From the IMG/VR virus record IMGVR_UViG_3300042868_009121, positions 52,145-116,144 of that record: 64,000 bases of DNA. One strand, written 5' to 3'. Positions within the stretch are counted from its first letter, which is position 1. Every line of letters starts with the position of its first letter. This DNA is from a virus. This document shows positions 19,627 to 29,400 of the stretch, piece after piece. Both the position numbers and the translations under genes were made by a program. The notes under the pieces were generated by a model that saw nothing but the letters and a program-made list of their open reading frames with translations, was not told the DNA's origin and made no database searches.

Positions 19627-21012
19627 TTATAATCCTAGCTCAAAAAATTTACCTGCTAAATAAGCCTTCTCATCTTTATCTAAACCTGAGTTAAAAGATT
19701 TGTTAGATCCTGATGTTGGAGTAGATGTTTCGAATGTTAATTCATCATCATCCATACTATCTGGGTTAATCTCTATGTACCCATTATTAGTACTTATCTT
19801 GGCTGCATAAGTCATGCCGTCCATACCATATCGATTCTTCATAATATGAATACGACCTGTTCCATTTACCTTATCCTGTCTTTTTCTGGATAGAGACATT
19901 GCAAAGTCTGCAATCATCATTTTATTGTAGGATCCTGCTGCCTTGTCTCCTTCAATTACATCGTCTTTAGCACCAGCACGATTAACCTGTGATACTGTCC
20001 AGATAGGTACTTTAAGTTCTCTTGCCATACCTTTTGTAGCAGTATATACATCATCAATTGCATCTTTAGGATCTATTGACTTAGTTTTACTTTTTAGTAA
20101 GTCAACATAGTCAATAATAACTAAATCAGGAGGATATCCTAAATCTCTACACTTTTGAATATGTGATTCAATTGTATGTGTAGTAGCTTTTCCCATAGGG
20201 AATTCTTTAATGATAAGCTTACCTTTAATTTTGCTAACAGTATCTTCAATAGTTTGTCTATTTTTTTGTACGCTTTGTACATCAATACCTGTAAACAGTG
20301 CGTCATAACGTTTACCTACATAGTACTCAGATAATTCTAATGTATAGTGACAAACAGTATATCCTCTTTTTACTGCTTCAGCTCCTATATTAACAAGCAT
20401 CCATGACTTACCTCCACCAGGATTACCAAATATAATACCTAGATCGCCTACACCTAAACCTCCCATTAGCAACTCATTAATGTGTGGCCAGAATGTTGGC
20501 ATTGGAGCTCTTTCTTCTTCACGATATCTTGTTTCAATATCTTTTTCGTATTCGTGTCCTATAGACTTCTCTTGTCCTGCTTTTAAAGCTTGATCTATCA
20601 TGTACTTGATATCATCGTATTGACCTTTTTCAAGTAAAGATACTGAACTTAAAATAGCTTTTTTGATTTGTTGATTTTTACAGAAACTACTAAACTCTTG
20701 CTCTACATAATCTCTATCTTCATTAGAGCTCTTTAATGCTTCTTTTAATTGCTCTACTACACTAATCTTTAATACTTCATTTTCTATCTTTCTTACTTCA
20801 ACTTGTAAAGCATCAGTTGATGGCGTTGTATTATACTTGTAGTAGTATCTTAATATCTCACCGACAATCCATTTGTGTGCTGGGTTATCAAACATTTCTG
20901 TATCAAGTATATCATGTATGTTTTGTAGAAACTCTTTATGTTTTAATAAACTTGATAATACCTTGATTTGAAAACTAATACCGTACTGCTGTAACTGATT
21001 TAATGACGACAT
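19627..21012 (-). CDS. Replicative DnaB/gp41-like helicase
   Basis: Walker A GNPGGGKS, TLE, IIDYVD, SQVNR, KNRYG. Confidence 0.93.
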   Translation of the reverse strand: MSSLNQLQQYGISFQIKVLSSLLKHKEFLQNIHDILDTEMFDNPAHKWIVGEILRYYYKYNTTPSTDALQVEVRKIENEVLKISVVEQLKEALKSSNEDRDYVEQEFSSFCKNQQIKKAILSSVSLLEKGQYDDIKYMIDQALKAGQEKSIGHEYEKDIETRYREEERAPMPTFWPHINELLMGGLGVGDLGIIFGNPGGGKSWMLVNIGAEAVKRGYTVCHYTLELSEYYVGKRYDALFTGIDVQSVQKNRQTIEDTVSKIKGKLIIKEFPMGKATTHTIESHIQKCRDLGYPPDLVIIDYVDLLKSKTKSIDPKDAIDDVYTATKGMARELKVPIWTVSQVNRAGAKDDVIEGDKAAGSYNKMMIADFAMSLSRKRQDKVNGTGRIHIMKNRYGMDGMTYAAKISTNNGYIEINPDSMDDDELTFETSTPTSGSNKSFNSGLDKDEKAYLAGKFFELGL

Positions 21013-21015
21013 AAC

Positions 21016-22026
21016 TTATTTATATTTTTGTAGATCGTGAAAATGATTAAATAACCATGATTGAACATTAGGTATCGAATTCCCTAATTGATCTTCATGA
21101 TACAAATTTAAGAATTCCTGTGAATCATATATCTTTTTTGGATCTAGTAAAACACTATTTATTTCTTCTATTGCTTCTTCAGGAATATTAGGATCTTTTA
21201 AGTCCATCAACTTTTTATTTATTCTAAGTTGAAATTCATAGTTCTTAATAGATTCTAGTATTTTATGCTTACCTTCACATTTTTGTAATACATCATCTAG
21301 AGTGATTTGTTTATCTGATCCTAGTTCAGGAAAATGTTTTAACATTGTCTTAGATCCCAAACCTTTTACCCCAGGAACATTATCTCCTGAGTCACCTAAT
21401 AGTATTTTTTGTGTTAAAAAGTTTTTAGGTGTTACTCCAAATTCTGTTAAAACAAGATCTTCATCATAGAATCTTTTTTTTGTAGGAGAATAGATTGTTA
21501 TTTTATCTGATACTAACTGTAGATAGTCTTTATCACTAGACATAATAGTTACTTCACCATCTAATTTACCTGTTATATATCCTATTACATCATCTGCTTC
21601 AATTTTATCGATAGATATAAGATCAACAGGAAGTGTTTTTAAATAGTATATTAGTCTAACAATCTGATGTGTGATAGCTTCTGATTCGTCTTGTTGTGAA
21701 TCAAATGAATCCCAATTAGTAACTCTATTAAGACCTCTATTTGCTTTATATTCTGGGTAGATATATCTTTTATTAGTAGATGATCCTTGTCCATCAAACA
21801 CGACAATCACTCTAGTCGGTCTAACCAATTTAATTACATACCCTAAAGAACGTAAAAAACCGGTTAAACCTCCTATATGAGATAGATCTTTATTAACCCA
21901 ACCAATTGCAGTAAATGCTCTTAGAAAAGTATTTAATCCATCAATAAGTAGAACTCTACTATTGAGTGATGCTTCGGCTTTCTCTGATTTAAGAGAGTCG
22001 AATATTTTTTGATATTCTTTATTCAT
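21016..22026 (-). CDS. 5'-3' exonuclease / flap endonuclease (RNase H-like)
   Basis: LIDG, FDG, YKANR, EADD, SSDKD, GDSGDNVPGV. Confidence 0.93.
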   Translation of the reverse strand: MNKEYQKIFDSLKSEKAEASLNSRVLLIDGLNTFLRAFTAIGWVNKDLSHIGGLTGFLRSLGYVIKLVRPTRVIVVFDGQGSSTNKRYIYPEYKANRGLNRVTNWDSFDSQQDESEAITHQIVRLIYYLKTLPVDLISIDKIEADDVIGYITGKLDGEVTIMSSDKDYLQLVSDKITIYSPTKKRFYDEDLVLTEFGVTPKNFLTQKILLGDSGDNVPGVKGLGSKTMLKHFPELGSDKQITLDDVLQKCEGKHKILESIKNYEFQLRINKKLMDLKDPNIPEEAIEEINSVLLDPKKIYDSQEFLNLYHEDQLGNSIPNVQSWLFNHFHDLQKYK

Positions 22027-23087
22027 TAATCTTCTGTATCAAAAATGTCAGGAGATAGCGCTGTTTCTTCTTCTACAACATCAAATGTACTTGATCCAAG
22101 AACTTTTGTCCATTGATCAGAATACTTTTTCTTGTATTCATCAAGCTCCTTTTTATCATCTTTGATAAATCCGTGAACTGTCATGATAACTTTGTTAACT
22201 GCGGTTACTCCAGTAACGTGGTTTTTATCACAGCTAATTCTAGTTCTCTTAGCAAATTCTACTTCCTTACCATTCTTTGTAGCTTTAATTTTATTTGTAC
22301 CAGCTCTAGCAATGTTACCAAATGTAACTACTAGTGATGAGTCAAAATACATTGTGTTACCACCTTTGTTATTAAGCGTAGGTTGTCCCATTGGGGAATC
22401 AGGTTTTGCTACCCAAACTTTATTAATTGCTACAAGTGTATTAGTATATGGTTGCGATGCCTTACGAGACAATACAATTCTTTGATTAATAAAATTACCA
22501 AATTGTTGAGACATTGCTCCTGCATTCCACTCATTATTGTTTGTTGATTTTTCAACACTCATTCTACAAGGAATAGATCCTACAGAATCCCAAAAGAAAC
22601 AAATGTCATGAGGTAAAGTTCCTCTTTTTTGCTCATCAAGAATATCTGCAATAAATGCTGATACATCTTCGATAGACTCTAGCTTCTCTCGATCAATATA
22701 TAAGAAGAAACCTTTATAATCAATAACTTCACCAGTATTTGGATCTGCTACTTCTTCATATTCAAATCCCATTTCTTTAGCATGACTCCAATCCCACTTC
22801 ATTTCTGTAATAATGAATACAGGAAGGATACCCATTTTTTGTGCACTAACAGCTGCTTCAAGAAGTGCAGTAGTTTTACCTGTATCTGAGTGTCCTCTTA
22901 AAAGAGTAATATGACCAACTGGAATACCTGGAATTTGTAGTGTTTCTTGAAATGCTTGAGAAAGTGGAATCCATCTTTGCTCTTTAAATACTACGCTAGT
23001 TGAAAGGTTTTTGCCTTTCTTAAATTTTTCTAAACTTGAAATGTCTTTGATTGCGCTAGACACAGCGCCTGTAACTGATTTTGCCAT
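22026..23087 (-). CDS. RecA/UvsX-like recombinase
   Basis: GHSDTGKT Walker A, WDSVG, KGG motif. Confidence 0.85.
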   Translation of the reverse strand: MAKSVTGAVSSAIKDISSLEKFKKGKNLSTSVVFKEQRWIPLSQAFQETLQIPGIPVGHITLLRGHSDTGKTTALLEAAVSAQKMGILPVFIITEMKWDWSHAKEMGFEYEEVADPNTGEVIDYKGFFLYIDREKLESIEDVSAFIADILDEQKRGTLPHDICFFWDSVGSIPCRMSVEKSTNNNEWNAGAMSQQFGNFINQRIVLSRKASQPYTNTLVAINKVWVAKPDSPMGQPTLNNKGGNTMYFDSSLVVTFGNIARAGTNKIKATKNGKEVEFAKRTRISCDKNHVTGVTAVNKVIMTVHGFIKDDKKELDEYKKKYSDQWTKVLGSSTFDVVEEETALSPDIFDTED

Positions 23088-23102
23088 ACAAAACTTTTAG
23101 TT

Positions 23103-23126
23103 AAAAAACCCCAACCGAAGTTGGGG
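23103..23126 (-). terminator. Rho-independent terminator after SSB
   Basis: CCCCAAC-UUCG-GUUGGGG followed by U6. Confidence 0.85.
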
Positions 23127-23132
23127 ATTTGA

Positions 23133-23939
23133 TTAGATATCGAAAAGATCATCAATTGCCGAATCTACACTTGGCTTAGTAGTATTTAATGTATACTGAC
23201 CTTGCGCTGGCTTTTCCCATGGAAGATCACCTTGCGGTTTAGCTTCTACGGCATCAGCTTGTTCTTTCAATTCTTCTTCTGGATTAAGATGTTTAAGAAG
23301 TGCTTCTTTCATCTCATCATAAGAATATCTTTTGAACTGACCTAAAGGATCTGGTTGTGTTTCAAGCCAAAGCTTTACTTTATCTGCATCTTCAGAAAGT
23401 GGAGTTGATTTTGTTCTAACCCTAACAGTAGATGTATTATACATCAAGCCTGTTGTTTCTTTACCAGCAGTTTCAACTGTAATGTCACGACCAGTAATTG
23501 GATCAGAATAATCTCCTACATCCTCATCTTCTGCAATAGAAAGCAAATCCATGTAGACTTGTTTACCAAATTCCCAAAGACGAACACCTTTGTCTTCTTC
23601 ACCACGAACAATCACAGGAGCAAATACACGCATTTTTGGTTCAAGCTTTTTAGCTAGTTGCCAATTGTCACGTTCACTTGACTTGCGAAGTCCTTGAGCA
23701 AATTCAACGATAGGATCTTTTTCATTAAAGTTAGACAAACTGATCATGGTACGATTGTTAATACCATAATGCATGTAGACTTCTTTAAATGGATTTTGTT
23801 TATTAAACACAGAAGGTACGATACGTACTGAGTGTTTACCCACGGCAGGCCTCCAAATAGTTTGGCTTAGGTCCTTCTTTTGTCCTCCACGTGGATTTTG
23901 TAGAGCCGACAATCTTGATTTGATAACTGATATATCCAT
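23133..23939 (-). CDS. Single-stranded DNA-binding protein (gp32-like)
   Basis: VRIVP, DPI.E, WEFGK, GRDI, acidic C-terminus DDLFDI. Confidence 0.8.
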   Translation of the reverse strand: MDISVIKSRLSALQNPRGGQKKDLSQTIWRPAVGKHSVRIVPSVFNKQNPFKEVYMHYGINNRTMISLSNFNEKDPIVEFAQGLRKSSERDNWQLAKKLEPKMRVFAPVIVRGEEDKGVRLWEFGKQVYMDLLSIAEDEDVGDYSDPITGRDITVETAGKETTGLMYNTSTVRVRTKSTPLSEDADKVKLWLETQPDPLGQFKRYSYDEMKEALLKHLNPEEELKEQADAVEAKPQGDLPWEKPAQGQYTLNTTKPSVDSAIDDLFDI

Positions 23940-24001
23940 AATATAACTAATTTCGATAAATGTAAGACAAAAAGGCTAGATAGAAAAATTAATCTTTCTA
24001 G

Positions 24002-24430
24002 TTAAATAGCAACTATCTTATGGATAGTGGTATTAAGCCTTTTCAGATCTTCTCCTTGAGTTAACAAGATTGAGTTCTTGTAGTCAGGCCAGTTAATAGG
24101 AAAAGTAGAATCTAGAACTCCATTATTTAAAGTCTTAATCAAAGTGTTTAAGGCGTTTATAGTATATAAAGTATTAGATTCTTTCTTTCTATGAAGTAGA
24201 ATTGTATTAGGTAAAATTCTAGTTTGCCCTCCTTCTATCTCAATATTATATGTACACATATATTCTTCTGAGTCTGGGGAAGCCAAAACAAAAATTTTTT
24301 TATATAGGATTGTGTACTCTCTATTTATATCTCTTAAAGTGTCTTCTACAGACTCTTTTGGAGAGAAAGTACAAAAAAGTTTATTCATAATTGATTCCGA
24401 TGTTATTTCCAAAAATTCCTCATTTCTCAT
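24002..24430 (-). CDS. Hypothetical protein between SSB and small PolA
   Basis: 142-aa ORF, HRKKESNTLYTINALN. Confidence 0.7.
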   Translation of the reverse strand: MRNEEFLEITSESIMNKLFCTFSPKESVEDTLRDINREYTILYKKIFVLASPDSEEYMCTYNIEIEGGQTRILPNTILLHRKKESNTLYTINALNTLIKTLNNGVLDSTFPINWPDYKNSILLTQGEDLKRLNTTIHKIVAI

Positions 24431-24466
24431 AACCTTAATTTACTGTTAATAAATATTGATAATATA

Positions 24467-25762
24467 TTAGAAAGCATAGTTTACTCCGTACTTATGTTTG
24501 ACTACCATGTCATTACCTTCTAGGATCTGTTTAATCTTTTTTAATAGTGTTTTACCATCTTCTTGACAAAAGTCAAATAAGAAAGAATCATAGGTAATTA
24601 AGATCAATTTTGTCTTCTTTTTACTAAGAAGCTTATTTACCTCTAAGATCTTGTATATATTTTCTTTTGTCTCTAGATTCTGGACAATATAGTTAAATAA
24701 TTTTAATTTGTTCATTCCTGGTAGCTTCTTTAATATTCTACCGGTAGGCAAAATTAAAGCTTTATGAGCATTATATTTCTTCCACTCCTGTTCTATGAAT
24801 TGATCTAATGCCTTAAAGAATTCTATATGTTGGTATTGTTGTTCTATACCACCATAAAGCTGTTTGAATGTAATAGCCTTTGATTCTTTATACTGTTCAT
24901 CTGTAAGCTCGGTGGTATTGAAATACGCGCGTCCCAGATAGTTATGCATAGACTCTTTAGGGGGCTCGAATCCTATAAGGCCAGATATTAATCTTAAATG
25001 GTATGCATCAAAGTCAAACTCTACCAAATAGTCATTTTTAGGTACAAAACACTCTCTGAAGTCTTTATCTTTAGGTATAGCTAGAAAATTAACACTGTTG
25101 AATGAGTTAGTAGGTCTAGCTGTTAAATTATAAAGATTATAGTAAGAATAAATTGTATCTCCTAAAAGAGAATATTCTTTATGCTGGAATTGATACTTTT
25201 TATTTAGGCAGCTAAGATCAACTTTTATTCCTGCTTGTTCAACTGTTTTATATGCATCTACTAATTTGTCTTGAAGTTCTATATCCATCTCAAGTTCAAA
25301 ATAGTCTTTTACCATTTGGTATAAACATTCGCATTTCTCATAGTGCTTAGAAATAGGAATGATTTCGTTTATAGTAGGTAAAATAGGATGCTTGATATAA
25401 AAGTCTCTATGGACTGGTGTGTTACACTCAAAAGAACTATATTCATTATTTTTATCTAAACAGATAAATTGTATATCAATAGAATTAGGTAGATCTAAAA
25501 AATAAGATTGCATTTTTTTATCAAGAAGATAAATCTTATTATGTTTTTGTAAGAACTCTTGAACTAATTTAAGATCTAAACTAAATCCTTCACAGTGATT
25601 AATTACAAAGACATATCCTTTACTAGAATTATTGTAATAAATTAAACTTACTCTAGCTAATTTTGGATGGTAATAATCATTTGAAGTAACTACTTGAATA
25701 AATGCCTGATCAGACATTTCTAGACGGCTCAACTGTTCTTTATCTTCAATAATGAAATACAT
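24467..25762 (-). CDS. Second, compact family A polymerase-like protein
   Basis: TARP, motif A EFDFDAYHLRL, motif B KAITFKQLYG, motif C YDS. Confidence 0.75.
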   Translation of the reverse strand: MYFIIEDKEQLSRLEMSDQAFIQVVTSNDYYHPKLARVSLIYYNNSSKGYVFVINHCEGFSLDLKLVQEFLQKHNKIYLLDKKMQSYFLDLPNSIDIQFICLDKNNEYSSFECNTPVHRDFYIKHPILPTINEIIPISKHYEKCECLYQMVKDYFELEMDIELQDKLVDAYKTVEQAGIKVDLSCLNKKYQFQHKEYSLLGDTIYSYYNLYNLTARPTNSFNSVNFLAIPKDKDFRECFVPKNDYLVEFDFDAYHLRLISGLIGFEPPKESMHNYLGRAYFNTTELTDEQYKESKAITFKQLYGGIEQQYQHIEFFKALDQFIEQEWKKYNAHKALILPTGRILKKLPGMNKLKLFNYIVQNLETKENIYKILEVNKLLSKKKTKLILITYDSFLFDFCQEDGKTLLKKIKQILEGNDMVVKHKYGVNYAF

Positions 25763-25816
25763 AACCTATTATTAACTACTAATATACAAAAATTATTTGT
25801 ATATAAAATAATCTAT

Positions 25817-26446
25817 TTACATAGTAGGTCGTGCAAATTTTGTATAATCGCCACCAATAAATTCTACTATTCCTAAAAAGTTTTTATTTGCTGCTTCAGT
25901 AAGTCTTTTATTTGTTTCAATAATACCTGGTATTATATTATATTGTGACTTTCGTGTATTATTTAAAGGCCCTGTTAATTTCCAAAGTATAGTAGTTACT
26001 TGATATAATCTAATGTCATAATCAGTATCTCCATTTACTATATTATTATATTCTTCTCTAGATATTTCAATTATGTATCCTTTTTCATTTTCTTTTTTTG
26101 TAAAATATCTAGTAATATAACCTCTAATATAATCCTCTTCTAAAGGAGCAGGAAAAAAAGATAGTGGCTGGCCTTGAGCTCTACTGAAAACTATATTTGT
26201 TTTTAATGCTAATTCTTGTTTAAGTTTAAAAGGTAGTAAAACATCATTAAATCCAGAAGCTCTTTCAATTGCAATTTGTCTAGTTAATTTTTCATTAGGA
26301 CCTGTTTGAGGATCTGGTCCTGAATAAAACTCATTATCTATTGTTTGATAATATTTTCCTGCGTACGGTCTTCCATTTAAATAAAAATTTGCTCCATTTG
26401 TATTTAGATTAGGTATTATAGCATATGATGGATAATATCTTAACAT
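25817..26446 (-). CDS. Probable baseplate/tail-associated protein
   Basis: Last gene of tail module; DY.RG.I.RYF motif. Confidence 0.55.
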   Translation of the reverse strand: MLRYYPSYAIIPNLNTNGANFYLNGRPYAGKYYQTIDNEFYSGPDPQTGPNEKLTRQIAIERASGFNDVLLPFKLKQELALKTNIVFSRAQGQPLSFFPAPLEEDYIRGYITRYFTKKENEKGYIIEISREEYNNIVNGDTDYDIRLYQVTTILWKLTGPLNNTRKSQYNIIPGIIETNKRLTEAANKNFLGIVEFIGGDYTKFARPTM

Positions 26447-26456
26447 AATATAAATT

Positions 26457-29400
26457 TTAAACTATCTGAACTCCTACTAGTTTAGCAATTTTTATACCGC
26501 CGTCTCTTATTAATTCAAAAGAATTTTGATCTGTATTAGGATATATAATTCTAGTATTTAATCTTAAATTAATAAATAATTTAAGTAATTCATCAGTATT
26601 TCTTTGTCCTTGATTAAAAGCATTTGTTATTTGGTTTGAAAATCTTTCAAAGTATCCAGAACCATTCCATGATGCATAAATAAAATTAAAATACAACCTT
26701 CCGTCAGTTTTTATTAAATCTTGTAACTCTTTATTTGGTACGTATGAATTAAATAAACCCTCAAAATGAGGTTTCATAACTTGTACAGCTGCATTTAAAA
26801 TTTGTGTTTTTAAAGGATCTTGAGGAATAAAATTATGTTTCCAAGTACGTGCTGCATTAGCATCATCTATTAATTTCCAAAAAGCTATTCCAGCAGGAGT
26901 TGTATTTATTCTTCCGCCTGCTACTCTATCTATACCAAACATAGTTTCTCCTGATTTTCCCATTCTAGATCTGTATTTTTCGTCAAGCCTTCCATCTGTA
27001 AACATTATTGGATTATAATAACCCCCTTCTAAATTTGCAATTACTTGTTTTGTAACTTCTTCAAATGAATTTACGGTTTTAGTTACAGGACCTACCGTTA
27101 TAACACCAGCCGTTAATCCAGAATCTATAAAAGTACCTCCTATAGTTCCACTACCTATAGAGATATTAGAAGCATTAATTCCAAATTGACCTGATTTTGC
27201 TTCTATTTTTTGAACACTTCCACTAAATTCTCCTTTATTTTTTAAAAATATCATATTAGCTCTAATAGAAGTATCCCATTGATTATTTTCTATTTTATGA
27301 GTTAATCCAACTGCAACAAATCCTACATTACGTACTCTATCTTTAGAAAAACCCTCTGTCTTTCTTGTTGTATATGTATAAGGCAATAATTTATCAGGTA
27401 TACTAAACGCTTGACCCATATTAAAACCAGATATTCCATCTGTAGTAAGATTAACAGAAACAGGAATCATAAATGATGCTCTTGTTGCATAGTCATCATT
27501 TTTTAAAGTAGTCATTTTTTCTATATAATAGTTAGTTGCATGAGCTACAGTAGTTTGTGATGGATTAATTTTACTATAAAAATCAGATATTGTACTATTA
27601 AATTGAGCCGCAGAATTTTTTATTGCTTCATTATTTTTTTTGTCTAGATTACTACCTGTAGGCTCTAATTTATCTGTTATGTATCTATCAATAAAATTAG
27701 TATTTATAAAACCGAATGAGTCTCCATTAGTAGATAGCGTAGCTTTATTAGGTATTGTAGAATTTGCAGATATTGCAAGCATATTAGATAGCTTACTACT
27801 AATTTCTGATTTTATTTCTATAGATTTTGCTATAGAATATTTTCCTAATAAAGGAAGTTCTGTTGTATTATCTTTATTTTCTGGAAGTGCGGTTAATTGA
27901 TCTTCATTTCCAAGAGTTGGTAGTATTTGATCATCAATTATTTGATATGTATTTGCTTGATCATTGTAAGAAAGTCTAAATGCATTAAAATTACCTAAAG
28001 ATTTATTTACATCTGTAAGTACTTGTTCTAAAAATGTTTTTAAATAAACTGCATTACTTCCATCTTTATGACTATATTGTTGAACTAATTGAACTAAATA
28101 ATCTATATTCAATAATATATTCATTAATTTTCCTCTATAAACATTTCCAATTTCTTTAGTTGATTCTCCTGATATTGGTTGTTCATCAAATTTAAGTTTA
28201 GGCAATTTTCCACTTAAAAGGTCTTGAGTTTCAGGATTAAATAAAGTAACAGGCTCTTTTAAGTTTATAGATGCTCCATTATCAGAAAGTATATCTCTAT
28301 CAAATAAAGCTTTGAAATCTTGAAAACTACCCTCAAAAGGAATTAAACAAGTCCATGGATCAGTACTTAAATGTTTATTATTAGTAAGACAAAAATTTAA
28401 TTCAGGATTAAAATCTATATAAATTAAAGGTGTTTGAAATTGAGAATCTTTTTTTGTATCATATATAGTACATGCATGATTTAAAATCATTAGTAATTGT
28501 CCTAATGTTATATATACTGGATGGTTGGCAACTGTTCCTTTTATTATCTCTTGATTAATTTGATAAGGAACTACATATGCTTTTAATAGTTCTTTAAAAT
28601 TAACAGGTTCTAAATCGCTTAAAAACGCTTTATTACCCATTAAACTAGTAGCAAATCCATACTTAGCATTTATTTTAAATCTAGTTATAGGATCCATTAC
28701 TCCTACTTGTGTATATTCAGAATCTTTTATCTCTTCACTATTTACTAACTCATTAATAAAAGTAGAAAATATACCAGAAGAAAATATTTGGTTTAAAAAA
28801 GGTTTTTTTGATTTAGTATTATTAACATCTATCACACTAACTTTATCTTTAGGATCCCATAAATCTAATACATGAGTAGTCTTACCTATATCTAAATCAG
28901 GTGCACCAGTTTTATTTATGGCTTTATTTAAAGCATGAACTTGAATAGTTCTTAATATTATTTCTAATGAAGATTGATAGTTAAGAGATTGCTTTATTTG
29001 TGTAGCTATAGCATTTATATCAGGTTTAGGAATTTGAGATTGGGCACCAGGACTTGGTGTTGGTGTTTGTGTTGGTGTTTGTACTTGATTTTGTAAATTT
29101 AATTTTTTTAAATATTCTTCTCTTTCAACTAAGTTATTTTGTTCAGTTGTAGATATATCTTTTATTATTGCTGTATCATTTGTTGAAATTTTAAATGTAC
29201 CTTTTACAACTTTAGCAATTTTATTTGTTTGTGGTGTTGAAGCAGGGACATCTCCACCTGATAATGCACTTTCAACTTCATTTTGGTTATCTTTAACTTC
29301 TGTTCTGTAGCCGGTAATTTCATATTCACCTCTAAAATCTACTCTAAGTCCGTCATTTTGTCCTTCATAAACAGATATTTTTAATTCTTTACTTAATGCA

